64,000 nt of DNA from Alphaproteobacteria bacterium (GTDB lineage Bacteria > Pseudomonadota > Alphaproteobacteria > Ferrovibrionales > Ferrovibrionaceae), in contig CANJGB010000001.1 of assembly GCA_947473805.1 (NCBI GenBank), positions 103,413 through 167,412 of the forward strand, written 5' to 3'. The notes under the pieces were generated by a model. The model searched no databases, was not told the origin of the DNA, and saw nothing but the letters and a program-made list of their open reading frames with translations. A program made the position numbers and the translations under genes. Each line of letters opens with the position of its first letter. The first letter of the stretch is position 1. This document shows positions 36,581 through 48,405 of this stretch, one piece after another.

Positions 36581-37996
36581 TCAGGCCAGCAGCTTGCGCA
36601 CGTCGCTCAGCGTGCCGGTCACCGCGGCCGCCGCGGCCATGGCCGGGCTCACCAGGTGGGTGCGGCCGCCCGGGCCCTGCCGGCTCTCGAAGTTGCGGTT
36701 CGAGGTCGAGGCCGCGCGCTCGCCCGGCTTCAGCTCGTCGCCATTCATCGCCAGGCACATCGAGCAGCCCGGCTCGCGCCATTCGAAACCGGATTCGACC
36801 AGGATCTTGTCCAGGCCTTCTTCCTCGGCCTGGTGCTTCACCAGGCCCGAGCCCGGCACCACCATGGCCTGCACGCCCTTGGCGACCTTGCGGCCCTTCA
36901 TGATGGCGGCAACGGCGCGGATGTCCTCGATGCGGCCGTTGGTGCACGATCCGACGAACACCTTGTCGACCTTGATCTCCGAGATCGGCATGCCGGCCTT
37001 CAGGCCCATATAGTTCAGCGACCGTTCCAGGCTGGCGCGGCGGATGGCGTCGGTCTCGCGCGCCGGGTCCGGCACGTTGGCGCTGATCGGCGCCACGTCC
37101 TGCGGGCTGGTGCCCCAGGTGACGATCGGCTCGATCGCGGACACGTCCAGCTCCACCTCGGCGTCGTACTTGGCGCCGGGGTCCGAGACCAGCGACTTCC
37201 AGTACTTCACCGCCTGCTCGTAGCCCGCGCCCTTCGGCGCATAGGTGCGGCCCTTGATGTATTCGAACGTGGTGTCGTCCGGCGCAATCAGGCCGGCGCG
37301 CGCGCCCGCCTCGATGGTCATGTTGCAGACCGTCATGCGGCCTTCCATCGACAGCGCCTGGATGGCGGGGCCGGCGAACTCGATGACGTAGCCTGTACCG
37401 CCGGCCGTGCCGATCTTGCCGATGATCGCCAGGATCAGGTCCTTGGCGGTCAGGCCGAACGGCAGCGTGCCCTTCACGTTGATGCGCATGTTCTTGCTGC
37501 GCTTCTGCTGCAGCGTCTGCGTTGCCAGCACATGCTCGACTTCCGACGTGCCGATGCCGAACGCCAATGCGCCGAAGGCGCCATGCGTCGCGGTGTGGCT
37601 GTCACCGCACACGATGGTCATGCCCGGCAGGGTCAGGCCCTGTTCCGGGCCGATGACATGGACGATGCCCTGGCGGATATCGTTCATCGGGATGTAGTTG
37701 ACGCCGAAGTCCGTGGCGTTCTTCTCCAGTGTCTCGACCTGGATGCGGCTCTCGTCGTTCTTGATCACGCCGGTCAGGCGGTCCGAGGTGGTCGGCACGT
37801 TGTGGTCGGGCACGGCGAAGGTGGCGTCCGGGCGGCGGACCTTGCGGCCGGCCAGGCGCAGGCCCGAAAACGCGACCGGGCTGGTGACTTCGTGCACCAG
37901 GTGGCGGTCGATGTAGAGAATTCCGTTGCCGGCCTCGTCGATGTCGACCAGGTGGCTGTCCCAGATCTTGTCGTACAGGGTGCGGGGCTGGGTCAT
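36581..37996 (-). CDS. leuC: 3-isopropylmalate dehydratase large subunit
   Basis: [27 protein letters not shown] and [12 protein letters not shown] (aconitase family). ATG at 37996 preceded by GGAGGA. Confidence 0.97.
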   Translation of the reverse strand: MTQPRTLYDKIWDSHLVDIDEAGNGILYIDRHLVHEVTSPVAFSGLRLAGRKVRRPDATFAVPDHNVPTTSDRLTGVIKNDESRIQVETLEKNATDFGVNYIPMNDIRQGIVHVIGPEQGLTLPGMTIVCGDSHTATHGAFGALAFGIGTSEVEHVLATQTLQQKRSKNMRINVKGTLPFGLTAKDLILAIIGKIGTAGGTGYVIEFAGPAIQALSMEGRMTVCNMTIEAGARAGLIAPDDTTFEYIKGRTYAPKGAGYEQAVKYWKSLVSDPGAKYDAEVELDVSAIEPIVTWGTSPQDVAPISANVPDPARETDAIRRASLERSLNYMGLKAGMPISEIKVDKVFVGSCTNGRIEDIRAVAAIMKGRKVAKGVQAMVVPGSGLVKHQAEEEGLDKILVESGFEWREPGCSMCLAMNGDELKPGERAASTSNRNFESRQGPGGRTHLVSPAMAAAAAVTGTLSDVRKLLA

Positions 37997-38006
37997 GCGA
38001 TCCTCC

Positions 38007-38042
38007 AAAAAAGATCGACGTGCCCCGGCAGGACCGGGGCAC
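38007..38042 (-). terminator. stem-loop plus T6 between rplS and leuC
   Basis: Minus strand GTGCCCCGG-TCCTG-CCGGGGCAC, then GTCGATC-TTTTTT, directly abutting the leuC RBS. Confidence 0.45.
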
Positions 38043-38090
38043 CCAGTCTGGGCCACCCGGTCCTGCCGGGCAGCGTCGGAAAATTAAGCG

Positions 38091-38474
38091 TTATTCCTGC
38101 GCGGCGGCGGCGATCGGTTCCTTCTTGGCGGTAATTCGGGCCGCCTTGCCGGTAAGACCGCGGAGGTAATACAGCTTCGCGCGGCGCACTTCGCCACGAC
38201 GAACCACCTCGATGGAAGCCACGCGCGGGCTGTACAGCGGGAACACACGCTCCACGCCTTCGCCGTACGAAATCTTGCGCACGGTGAAGTTCGAATTGAT
38301 GCCGCGGTTCGAGCGGGCGATGCAGACGCCCTCGAACGCCTGGATACGCTCGCGCTCGCCTTCGACCACCTTCACGTTGATCTTCAGCGTGTCGCCCGGG
38401 GAAAATTCCGGGATCGGGCGCTGGCCCTTCAGTTTGTCGACCTGTTCCTGATCGATCTGCTGGATGATGTTCAT
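38091..38474 (-). CDS. rplS: 50S ribosomal protein L19
   Basis: [35 protein letters not shown]...[20 protein letters not shown]. Confidence 0.98.
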   Translation of the reverse strand: MNIIQQIDQEQVDKLKGQRPIPEFSPGDTLKINVKVVEGERERIQAFEGVCIARSNRGINSNFTVRKISYGEGVERVFPLYSPRVASIEVVRRGEVRRAKLYYLRGLTGKAARITAKKEPIAAAAQE

Positions 38475-38478
38475 GACT

Positions 38479-39207
38479 TCACCTGTCGCCTTTCAACTCT
38501 CGTTCTCGGTGCGCCGCCCACAGATCGGGACGGCGCTCTTTCGTAATCCGCTCCGCTTCGGCCCTACGCCAGGCGGCGACCTTTCCGTGGTCGCCTGACA
38601 CCAGCACGGCCGGCACGTCGCGGCCTTCCCAGGCCTGCGGGCGGGTGTACTGGGGATATTCCAGCAGTCCGTCCGCGAAACTCTCGTCAGCCAGCGATGC
38701 CGCCGTACCGACCACGCCAGGCAACAGCCTGACCACCGCATCTAGCAGCGCCAGCGCCGCGATCTCGCCACCCGACAGCACGAAGTCGCCGAGGCTGACT
38801 TCCCTGACGCTGCGGGCCTCGAGCAACCGCTCGTCGACACCTTCGAACCGGCCGCATACCAGCGTAACCCCGCCGGCCGCGACAAACTCACCGACCAGCG
38901 CCTGGTCCAGCCGCTTTCCGCGCGGGCTGAAATACACCAGCGGCTGGCTGGCCGCAACCGCTCCGGCCCCGGCCTGCACGCCATCAATCGCCGCGGCCAG
39001 CACATCCGGCCGCATCACCATGCCCGGCCCGCCGCCGAACGGGGTGTCGTCCACCGTCCGGTGCCGGTCGGTGGCGAAGGACCGGATGTCCGTCACTTCC
39101 AGCCGCCAGCGGCCCTCGTCCAGCGCCCGGCCCGCCAGGCTTTGCCCCAGCGGCCCCGGAAACATGCCCGGAAACAGGGTCAGGACCCGGGCCGTCCACG
39201 TCGTCAC
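38479..39207 (-). CDS. trmD: tRNA (guanine37-N1)-methyltransferase
   Basis: [25 protein letters not shown] and [11 protein letters not shown] motifs. Confidence 0.97.
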   Translation of the reverse strand: MTTWTARVLTLFPGMFPGPLGQSLAGRALDEGRWRLEVTDIRSFATDRHRTVDDTPFGGGPGMVMRPDVLAAAIDGVQAGAGAVAASQPLVYFSPRGKRLDQALVGEFVAAGGVTLVCGRFEGVDERLLEARSVREVSLGDFVLSGGEIAALALLDAVVRLLPGVVGTAASLADESFADGLLEYPQYTRPQAWEGRDVPAVLVSGDHGKVAAWRRAEAERITKERRPDLWAAHRERELKGDR

Positions 39208-39758
39208 GCCTCGTCTCCGGGCGGCTCGGGCTCCGGCTCGCCCCCTGCGGGGGGCAGGGCGGTCACGGGGTCGATCACCACCGTCCCCGCCGCCAGGTCC
39301 ACCACCGGCACCGCCGCCTTGCTGAATGGCACCAGCAGGGTGTCGCCGCCGGCCAGGGGCTCGATCTCCAGCAGGTCGCCCCCGCCGAAATTCTGCACCG
39401 CCGAGACCTTTCCCAGCGCCGCGCCGTCCGTTGTCCGCGCCTCCAGGCCGACCAGGTCGGCATGGTAGAACTCGTCGTCCGCCACCGCGGGCAGCGCCGT
39501 CCGCGGCACGTACAGCCGGGTCCGGCGCAGGGCCTCGGCGGCATCGCGGTCCGCCAGGCCCGACAGGGTGGCGATCACCACCCCGTCCTTGGGCGCGCCC
39601 TGCACCTTGACGGTGAAGCGCCGCGCCCCGCTGTCGTCGGTCACCGGGCCATAGGCGCCGAGCTTCAGCGGATCCTCCGTGAAGCTGCGCACCTTGACCT
39701 GGCCACGCACACCATGCGCCGCCACCACCACCCCGATACAGATGGTGTCGGCGGCCAT
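39204..39758 (-). CDS. rimM: 16S rRNA processing protein RimM
   Basis: [25 protein letters not shown] and [10 protein letters not shown]. 4-nt overlap with trmD. Confidence 0.95.
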   Translation of the reverse strand: MAADTICIGVVVAAHGVRGQVKVRSFTEDPLKLGAYGPVTDDSGARRFTVKVQGAPKDGVVIATLSGLADRDAAEALRRTRLYVPRTALPAVADDEFYHADLVGLEARTTDGAALGKVSAVQNFGGGDLLEIEPLAGGDTLLVPFSKAAVPVVDLAAGTVVIDPVTALPPAGGEPEPEPPGDEA

Positions 39759-39764
39759 GGGTGG

Positions 39765-40124
39765 TTAGGCCTGGGCCGGTTCGGCCGGCTTGGCAGCGGC
39801 TTCGGCGGCGGCCTTGGCGCGCTCCTGGGCCTTCGCCTTCGGCAGCGCCTTCTTCGGGTTATTGCCGTGCTTCCACTGGTACACGCCGGCATCGGTCAGG
39901 AAGCGGGCGACGCGGTCGGTCGGGGTCGCGCCCTTGGCCAGCCAGGCCTTGGCCTTTTCCAGGTCCAGGGTCACGCGCTCGCGGTCCTTCGGCAGCATCG
40001 GGTCATAGGTGCCCACGCGCTCGATGTAACGGCCGTCGCGCGGGCTGCGGCTGTCGGCCACGACGATGCGGTAGAACGGCCGCTTCTTGGTGCCGGCGCG
40101 GGTCATGCGGATCTTTACGGACAT
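39765..40124 (-). CDS. rpsP: 30S ribosomal protein S16
   Basis: [42 protein letters not shown]. Confidence 0.98.
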   Translation of the reverse strand: MSVKIRMTRAGTKKRPFYRIVVADSRSPRDGRYIERVGTYDPMLPKDRERVTLDLEKAKAWLAKGATPTDRVARFLTDAGVYQWKHGNNPKKALPKAKAQERAKAAAEAAAKPAEPAQA

Positions 40125-40154
40125 AGGGTCTTCCTTCTCGCTAGTTCGGATGTC

Positions 40155-41516
40155 TCAGTTGAATTTCGGGCCGCCGGGCATCATGCCGCCGAGGCTGCGC
40201 ATGAAGCCCTTCTGGCCCAGCTTGTTGACGCGTTTCATCATGTCCGCCATCTGCATCTGCTGCTTCATCAGGCGGTTGACGTCGCTCACGCTCACGCCGG
40301 CGCCCTTGGCGATGCGCTGCTTGCGCGAGGCGTGAATGACCTTCGGGTTGCGGCGTTCCTTCGGCGTCATCGAGTTGATGATCGCTTCCTGCCGGTTCAG
40401 GACGCTCTCGTCGATATTGGCGTCCTTCATCTGCTGCTTCATCTTGCCGATGCCCGGCAGCATGCCCATCAGGCCCTGCATGCCGCCCATCTTCTTCATC
40501 TGGCGCAGTTGCTGGCGCAGGTCGTCGAAGTCGAACTGGCCCTTGGCCAGCTTGGCCGCCATGGCCTCGGCTTCTTCCTTTTCGATCGTCTCCGCCGCCT
40601 TCTCGACGAGCGAAACGATGTCGCCCATGCCCAGAATGCGGTTGGCGATGCGGTCGGGGTGGAAGTCCTCGATGGCATCCAGCTTTTCGCCGACGCCCAT
40701 GATCTTGATCGGCGCGCCGGTAACCGCGCGCATCGACAAAGCCGCGCCGCCGCGGCCATCGCCGTCCACGCGGGTCAGCACGATGCCGGTGACCCCGACG
40801 CGGTCCTTGAACGACTGGGCGACGTTCACCGCGTCCTGGCCGGTCAGCGCGTCGGCGACCAGCAGGATTTCGTGCGGGCCCGTGGCGTCGCGCACCGCGG
40901 CCACTTCGCTCATCAGCGCCTCGTCCACGTGCAGGCGGCCGGCGGTGTCCAGCATCAGCACGTCGTAGCCGCCGAGGCGGGCGGCGTTGGCGGCGCGCTT
41001 GGCGATCTCGACCGGCATCTGGCCGGCGACGATGGGCAGGGTGTTCACGCCGGCCTGCTCGCCGAGAATCCGCAGCTGCTCCTGCGCGGCGGGGCGGGCG
41101 ACGTCGAGCGAGGCCATCAGCACGCGCTTCTTGTCGCGGTCCTGCAGGCGCTTGGCGATCTTGGCGGTGCTGGTCGTCTTGCCCGAACCCTGCAGGCCGA
41201 CCATCAGGATGGCGACCGGGGCGGGGGCGTTCAGGTCGATGCCCTCGACCGTCTGGCCCAGCATCTCGACCAGGTGGTCGTGGACGATCTTGATGACCAT
41301 CTGGCCGGGCGTGACCGACTTCAGTACCTGGGCGCCGATGGCCTTGGGCCGCACCCCGTCGATGAACGTCTTCACCACCGGCAGGGCGACGTCGGCCTCC
41401 AGCAGGGCGACGCGAATTTCCCTCAGGGCTTCCCCGACATCGGCTTCGGACAGCGCGCCGCGTTTCCGCAGCCGGTCCAGCACCGTGCCAAGTTTGCCGC
41501 TCAGGGTTTCGAACAT
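40155..41516 (-). CDS. ffh: signal recognition particle protein
   Basis: MFETLSGKL, VGLQGSGKTTSTAK, DTAGRLH and a Met-rich C-terminal M domain. Confidence 0.98.
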   Translation of the reverse strand: MFETLSGKLGTVLDRLRKRGALSEADVGEALREIRVALLEADVALPVVKTFIDGVRPKAIGAQVLKSVTPGQMVIKIVHDHLVEMLGQTVEGIDLNAPAPVAILMVGLQGSGKTTSTAKIAKRLQDRDKKRVLMASLDVARPAAQEQLRILGEQAGVNTLPIVAGQMPVEIAKRAANAARLGGYDVLMLDTAGRLHVDEALMSEVAAVRDATGPHEILLVADALTGQDAVNVAQSFKDRVGVTGIVLTRVDGDGRGGAALSMRAVTGAPIKIMGVGEKLDAIEDFHPDRIANRILGMGDIVSLVEKAAETIEKEEAEAMAAKLAKGQFDFDDLRQQLRQMKKMGGMQGLMGMLPGIGKMKQQMKDANIDESVLNRQEAIINSMTPKERRNPKVIHASRKQRIAKGAGVSVSDVNRLMKQQMQMADMMKRVNKLGQKGFMRSLGGMMPGGPKFN

Positions 41517-41843
41517 GCCGTCCAGACCTCAAACAAACAGAATGGGCGCCAGTGCGCGATACTCGCGGACTGGCGTTTGGCTTGGGATCCCGGCCCAAGG
41601 CCTGATCCTCGTCACCGGTTCTGCGAACAGAACGTGGAATTCGCGGGCTAAAAACACCCTGGGGGGCGGAAAGTCAAGGAGGCGAGGGGCGGAAGCCGCA
41701 TCCGGCAATCTCACTCGGCAATCAATACTGCCTCTTATTTGCTATTCCAGCAAATCCGCCTTGCCCATCGCGTACTGGGCTTTCGCCGCCGTCCGGCTAA
41801 AATCCGCCCAAGAAACGGCGAACCGGGTCAGGAGGAACCACCC

Positions 41844-42794
41844 ATGATGCGCCCCGAACGGAATTTCAATCGGATCAAGGTCCACCCCATTGCCGGCTCG
41901 CTCGGCGCCGAGATCGAGGGCGTCAGCGACCTGAAGGCGATGGACGCCGAGACCCATGCCGAGGTGCGGCAGGCCTGGCTCGACAACATGGTCGTGTTCT
42001 TCCGCGACCAGACGTTCGACCTGGCCGAGTTCGACGCCATGGCCGCAAAGTTCGGCAAGGCGACCATCACCTTCTATGTGAAGCCGATGGCCGGCACGAA
42101 GTACCTTTCGCAGCTGGTGCGCAAGGCCGAGACCAAGGCCAATCTGCGCAATTACGGCGACCGCTGGCACATGGACCAGACGATCCGCCAGAATCCCAAT
42201 TCCGGCTTCCTGCTCTATTCGAAGGTCTGCCCGCCCTATGGCGGCGACACCATGTTCTCGAACCTGCAGATCGCCTACGACAACCTGTCGCCCGGCATGC
42301 AGGCCCTGTGCGACCGCCTGATCGTCATCCACACCGCGTCCGGCCTGTACGGCAAGGGCGGCGATGGCGCCGGCGGCAGCAAGTCGATGGCCAAGCAGGG
42401 CTCGGAGAACCATTTCAACATCACGCAGGATGAACTGGCCAAGTACCTGGCGAACGAAACCGAGCAGCCGCTCGTCCGTGTCCACCCCGAAACCGGCAAG
42501 AAGGGCCTGTTCCTCGCCGGCGACTATTGCACCCGCTTCAAGGACATGACTGAGGCCGAGAGCCGCCCGCTCATCGACTATCTGCAGCGCTGGATCGAGC
42601 GGCCGGAATTCACCTGCCGCTTCCGCTGGAGCCAGGGAGCCGTCGCCCTGATCGACAATCGCTGCCTGCAGCACATCGCGCTGAATGACTATTCCGGCTT
42701 CGAGCGCGAGATGTGGCGCACCGAGTTTGAGGATTCCGGCCGCCCCTACGGCCCCGCCATGCCGCTGGAGAATGCGCAGCAGGCGGCGGAGTAG
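41844..42794 (+). CDS. TauD/TfdA family Fe(II)/2-oxoglutarate dioxygenase
   Basis: IKVHPIAGSLGAEIEGV, WHMDQT (H-x-D), GGDTMFSN and VALIDNRCLQH. AGGAGG lies upstream of the ATG at 41844. Confidence 0.87.
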   Translation: MMRPERNFNRIKVHPIAGSLGAEIEGVSDLKAMDAETHAEVRQAWLDNMVVFFRDQTFDLAEFDAMAAKFGKATITFYVKPMAGTKYLSQLVRKAETKANLRNYGDRWHMDQTIRQNPNSGFLLYSKVCPPYGGDTMFSNLQIAYDNLSPGMQALCDRLIVIHTASGLYGKGGDGAGGSKSMAKQGSENHFNITQDELAKYLANETEQPLVRVHPETGKKGLFLAGDYCTRFKDMTEAESRPLIDYLQRWIERPEFTCRFRWSQGAVALIDNRCLQHIALNDYSGFEREMWRTEFEDSGRPYGPAMPLENAQQAAE

Positions 42795-42816
42795 CCGTCC
42801 TGCCGATCGCGTGACG

Positions 42817-42846
42817 ATGGCCCGCCTCGCGCGGGCCATTTCGTTT
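42817..42846 (+). terminator. intrinsic terminator after the tauD-like gene
   Basis: ATGGCCCGC-CTCGC-GCGGGCCAT followed by TTCGTTT. Confidence 0.6.
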
Positions 42847-42920
42847 AGGGCATGCGCCCATGCGCCGCGGCCGCTGACGGTTGGACAGGGTGCTTCGGAT
42901 CGCCATATAAACCCCCAGCC

Positions 42921-43781
42921 ATGACCCAGCCCGTTCTCAAGCCCGCCACCGCGCAGGAACTGCCGTTCCTGAAGATGCATGGCCTCGGCAACGATTTCGT
43001 CGTGCTCGACGCGCGCCAGGGCGCGGGCCGGCTGAACGAGGCAGCCGTACGCGCGGTCGGCGACCGGCGGCGCGGCGTGGGCTTCGACCAGCTGCTGACG
43101 CTGGAACCGTCGTCGAAGGGCGACGTCTTCATGCGCATCCACAATCCCGACGGCAGCGAGAGCGGGGCCTGTGGCAACGGCACCCGCTGCGTGGCGGCGC
43201 TCGTCCTGGCGGAAACCGGCAAGACCGAGGTGGTGGTCGAAACCGTGGCCGGCCTGCTGCGCGCCACGCAACGCGCCGATGGCGAGGTCACGGTCGATAT
43301 GGGCAGGCCCCGTCTCGACTGGCGCGACATTCCGCTGGCGCGCGAGATGGATACGCTGAAGCTCGATTACGCCAAGGGCGTGCTGTCGCACCCGGCGGCC
43401 GTCAACATGGGCAATCCGCACGTCGTCTTCTTCGTGCCCGATGCCGAGGCCGTGGACCTGCCCCATATCGGCCCGGTCATCGAACATGACGAACTGTTTC
43501 CCCAGCGCACCAACGTCAATGTCGCAACCGTGCGCCCCGACGGCACCATCCGCCTGCGCGTCTGGGAACGCGGCGCCGGCATCACGCTGGCCTGCGGCAC
43601 CGGCGCCTGCGCCACGCTCGTCGCCGCCTCGCGCCGTGGCCTCGTGCCGCGCAAGGCGCGCGTGTTCCTGAACGGCGGCCCGCTCACCATCGAATGGACG
43701 GCGGACGACCATGTGCTGATGACCGGCCCGGTTGCCACCAGTTTCGCCGGCACGCTCGCGCCCGAACTCCTCTCCGCATGA
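42921..43781 (+). CDS. dapF: diaminopimelate epimerase
   Basis: FLKMHGLGNDFVVLD, GSESGACGNGTRC, NMGNPHVVFFV and TLACGTGACA motifs. Confidence 0.95.
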   Translation: MTQPVLKPATAQELPFLKMHGLGNDFVVLDARQGAGRLNEAAVRAVGDRRRGVGFDQLLTLEPSSKGDVFMRIHNPDGSESGACGNGTRCVAALVLAETGKTEVVVETVAGLLRATQRADGEVTVDMGRPRLDWRDIPLAREMDTLKLDYAKGVLSHPAAVNMGNPHVVFFVPDAEAVDLPHIGPVIEHDELFPQRTNVNVATVRPDGTIRLRVWERGAGITLACGTGACATLVAASRRGLVPRKARVFLNGGPLTIEWTADDHVLMTGPVATSFAGTLAPELLSA

Positions 43782-45024
43782 CCGAAGTCGTCACGTTCGG
43801 CTGCCGCCTCAACGCCTATGAGTCCGAGGCGATGAAGGCCATGGCCGCGCAGGCGGGCCTGGGTGACGCGATCATCGTCAATACCTGCGCCGTGACGGCC
43901 GAGGCCGAGCGCCAGGCGCGCCAGACCGTGCGCCGCCTGCGCCGCGACAATCCTGATGTACGTATCGTCGTCACCGGCTGCGCCGCGCAGATAAAGGGGC
44001 AGGCCTGGTCGGACATGGCCGAGATCAGCCACGTGATCGGCAACGTGGAAAAGATGCAGCCCGCCACCTGGGCCGCGCTGGCGAACGACGCCGCGCCGCG
44101 CCTCGCCGTCGCCGACATCATGGCGGTGCGCGAAACCGCCTCGCACCTGGTCGAGGGGTTCGAGGGCCTGGCCCGCGCCTTCCTGCAGGTGCAGAACGGC
44201 TGCGACCATCGCTGCACGTTCTGCATCATCCCCTATGGCCGCGGCAACAACCGCTCGGTTCCGCTCGGCGTCATCGTCGAACAGGCGCGCGCGCTGGTCG
44301 ATGCCGGCTATCGCGAAATCGTGCTGACCGGTGTCGATCTCGCCTCCTATGGTGCCGACCTGCCGGGCCAGCCCAGCCTCGGCCAGGCGGTGCGTCGCCT
44401 GCTGCACGCGGTGCCCGATCTGCCGCGCCTGCGCCTCTCGTCGCTCGACCCCGTGCGCGTCGATGACGATCTGATGCGCCTGGTGGCGGAGGAACCGCGC
44501 ATGATGCCGCACCTGCACCTCTCGCTGCAGGCGGGCGATGACCTGGTGCTGAAGCGCATGAAGCGCCGCCACCTGCGCGCCGATGCCGTGGCGCTTGCGC
44601 AGCGCCTGCGGAAGTTGCGCCCCGATGTCATCCTCGGCGCCGATTTCATCGCCGGTTTCCCGACCGAGGACGAGGCGATGTTCCAGCGCAGCCTCGACCT
44701 CGTCGATGAATGCGGCCTGACCTGGCTGCACGTCTTCCCCTATTCGCCGCGCCCCGGCACGCCCGCCGCGCGCATGCCCCAGGTCCCGGGCGAGGTGCGC
44801 AAGGAACGCGCCGCCCGCCTGCGTCTTGCCGGCGCCAAGGCCGTGCGCGACTGGCTGCTGCCCCGCACCGGCGAAACCGTCACCGTCCTCGTCGAACAGA
44901 ACGGCGTCGGCCGCGACGACTGGTTCGCACCCGTTTTGCTCTCGGGCGATGCGCGCGTCGGCAGTGTCATCGCCGCGACCGTGACCGCAACCGAACCGCA
45001 CCGCCTGCACGCCCGGGTGGCCGC

Positions 45025-45028
<4 letters not shown>
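43778..45028 (+). CDS. mtaB: tRNA (N6-threonylcarbamoyladenosine37) methylthiotransferase, MiaB-like
   Basis: FGCRLNAYESE and NTCAVT (UPF0004 domain), radical SAM GCDHRCTFCIIP, and a TRAM-like C-terminus. ATGA overlap with dapF. Confidence 0.85.
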
Positions 45029-45957
<929 letters not shown>

Positions 45958-46035
45958 CGCGTTTACGCCGCATCCCCTCGACATCGCTGGCCATAGCCGC
46001 CATATGGGCGGTGCGGAAACGGTGAGGGATGTCCA

Positions 46036-47400
46036 ATGGAACTCGATCCCGTCTTGCTGGCCCGGACACAATTCGGCTTCGCGATCAGTTTCCACATCCT
46101 GTTCCCGACGCTGACCATCGGCCTGTCCGGCTTCATCCTGCTGCTCGAGGCCTTGTGGCTGCGCACCGGCCGTGAGGCGTACCTGCGCCTCGCGAAGTTC
46201 TGGACGCGGCTGTTCGCGCTGGCGTTCGGCATGGGCGTGGTGTCGGGCGTCGTGCTGTCCTATCTGCTCGGCGCAAATTTCAGCCGCTTCTCCGCCGCCA
46301 CCGCCAATGTGCTGGGCCCGCTGCTCGGCTACGAGGTGCTGACCGCGTTCTTCCTCGAGGCCGGTTTTCTCGGCATCATGCTGTTCGGCTGGAACCGCGT
46401 CGGGCCGCGCCTGCACCTGTTCGCCACCGCCATGGTCGCCGTCGGCACGCTGATCTCGGCGTTCTGGATTCTCGCCGCCAATTCGTGGATGCAGACGCCC
46501 GCCGGCCACACGTTCGACGGCGCGCGCTTTTATGTCGCCGACTGGTGGGCGGTGATCTTCAACCCGTCCTTCCCCTATCGCCTGATGCACATGAGCATGG
46601 CCGCCTATGTCACCGCCGCGTTCGTGGTGGCGGCGGTGTCGGCGTGGCACCTGCTGAAGGGCCGCGATGTCGAATCCGCGCGCCTCGGCCTGCGCTTCGG
46701 CATCGGCCTCGCCGCCGTGCTGGCGCCGCTGCAGATCTTCATCGGCGACCTGCACGGCCTCAACGTGCAGGAACACCAGCCGGTGAAGATTGCCGCGATG
46801 GAAGGCCTGTGGGAAACGCGCGGCGCCGCGCCGCTGCTGTTGTTCGCGGTCCCCGACCAGAAGGCGGAGACCAACCATTTCGAGATCGGCGTGCCGAAGC
46901 TCGCCAGCATCATCCTCAAGCACGACGCCGAGGGCGTGGTGAAGGGGCTGAAGGAAGTGCCGCCGCAGGATCGTCCGTTCGTGTTCCAGGTGTTCTGGGC
47001 GTTCCGCATCATGGTCGGCATCGGCCTCGCCATGCTGGCGCTGTCGTGGCTCGGCGCGCTCGCCTGGTGGCGCGGCTGGCTCGAACGCTCGCGCCTTTTG
47101 CTGTGGACCTTCGTGCCCATGGGCGGCAGTGGCTTCCTCGCCGTCCTCGCCGGCTGGTCGGTCGCCGAAACCGGGCGGCAGCCGTGGATCGTCTATGGCC
47201 TCATGCGCACGGCCGATGCGGTGTCGCCGGTGGCGGCCGGCGTAGTTTTGTCGTCGCTCCTCGCCTTCGTCGCGGTCTACGCCGCCCTGTTCGTCGCGTG
47301 GCTGTACTACAGCGCCAAGGTCATCCGGCGCGGTCCCGATGCGGGCGATACGCACGAACCGGGCGAGCAAGGCCAGCGTCCCATGGCGGCGGGGAACTGA
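46036..47400 (+). CDS. cydA: cytochrome bd-type ubiquinol oxidase subunit I (short Q-loop, CIO-like)
   Basis: LARTQFGFAISFHILFPTLTIG, GYEVLTAFFLEAGFLG and EGLWET. At 454 aa it is shorter than E. coli-type CydA. Confidence 0.93.
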   Translation: MELDPVLLARTQFGFAISFHILFPTLTIGLSGFILLLEALWLRTGREAYLRLAKFWTRLFALAFGMGVVSGVVLSYLLGANFSRFSAATANVLGPLLGYEVLTAFFLEAGFLGIMLFGWNRVGPRLHLFATAMVAVGTLISAFWILAANSWMQTPAGHTFDGARFYVADWWAVIFNPSFPYRLMHMSMAAYVTAAFVVAAVSAWHLLKGRDVESARLGLRFGIGLAAVLAPLQIFIGDLHGLNVQEHQPVKIAAMEGLWETRGAAPLLLFAVPDQKAETNHFEIGVPKLASIILKHDAEGVVKGLKEVPPQDRPFVFQVFWAFRIMVGIGLAMLALSWLGALAWWRGWLERSRLLLWTFVPMGGSGFLAVLAGWSVAETGRQPWIVYGLMRTADAVSPVAAGVVLSSLLAFVAVYAALFVAWLYYSAKVIRRGPDAGDTHEPGEQGQRPMAAGN

Positions 47401-47403
47401 GCC

Positions 47404-48405
47404 ATGACCCTCGACCTTCCGCTCATCTGGGCCGGCATCATCGCCTTCGCGGTGTTGATGTACGTGCTGCTCGACGGGTTCGATCTCGGCATCGGCATCC
47501 TGTTTCCGTTCAATCCCGACCGCCGCGACCGCGACGTGATGATGAACTCCATCGCGCCGGAATGGGACGGCAACGAGACCTGGCTGGTGCTGGGCGGCGG
47601 CGGCCTGCTGGCGGCGTTTCCCGGCGCCTATGCGGTGCTGCTGCCGGCGCTCTACCTGCCGATCATCGTCATGCTGCTAGCGCTCGTGTTCCGCGGTGTC
47701 GCGTTCGAGTTCCGCTTCAAGGCCGAGCGCAGCCGCGCGGTGTGGGACACGGCCTTCGCCGCCGGCTCCGCGCTCGCCGCCCTTTCACAGGGCGTCGTGC
47801 TCGGCGGCTTCATCCAGGGCGTGAATGTCGTGAACGGCGAGTTCGCCGGCGGTTCGTTCGACTGGTGCACGCCGTTCGCGCTGATGACCGGCCTCGGTGT
47901 CGCCAGCGGCTATGCCCTGCTCGGCGCCGGCTGGCTGATCGTCAAGGCCGAGGGCGGCCTGCGCGAGCGCGCCTATCGGTCCGCCCGCATCGCGCTCGTC
48001 TGCGTTGCCGTGTTCATGGCGGTGGTCAGCCTGTGGACGCCGCTGGAGCATGGCTTCGTCGCCGCGCGCTGGTTCACGCTGCCGAACCTGTTCTTCCTCG
48101 CGCCGGTGCCGCTGCTTACCGCCGCCGCGTTGCTCTATGGCTGGGTCGCCATTGCGCGGCAGCATAACTGGGGGCCGTTCATCGCCGGGCTGCTGCTGTT
48201 CCTGCTCGGCTATCTCGGCCTCGCGATCAGCCTGTGGCCGTTCGCCGTGCCCTATAACGTGACGGTACGCCAGGCTGCCGCCGCCGATCCGGGCCTGATG
48301 CTGATGATGGTGGGCGTGGTCGTCATCATGCCGCTGGTGCTGATCTACACCGCCCACAACTACTGGGTCTTCCGCGGCAAGACGGGCCATGACGGCTACC
48401 ACTAG
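47404..48405 (+). CDS. cydB: cytochrome bd-type ubiquinol oxidase subunit II
   Basis: LMYVLLDGFDLGIGILFP and APEWDGNETWLVLGG motifs. Confidence 0.93.
   Translation: MTLDLPLIWAGIIAFAVLMYVLLDGFDLGIGILFPFNPDRRDRDVMMNSIAPEWDGNETWLVLGGGGLLAAFPGAYAVLLPALYLPIIVMLLALVFRGVAFEFRFKAERSRAVWDTAFAAGSALAALSQGVVLGGFIQGVNVVNGEFAGGSFDWCTPFALMTGLGVASGYALLGAGWLIVKAEGGLRERAYRSARIALVCVAVFMAVVSLWTPLEHGFVAARWFTLPNLFFLAPVPLLTAAALLYGWVAIARQHNWGPFIAGLLLFLLGYLGLAISLWPFAVPYNVTVRQAAAADPGLMLMMVGVVVIMPLVLIYTAHNYWVFRGKTGHDGYH

Noticed and set aside
37997-38090. Leucine leader peptide/attenuator upstream of leuC
   Set aside because: There is no ATG and no run of Leu codons in the 94-nt gap on the coding strand. Only the hairpins are reported.
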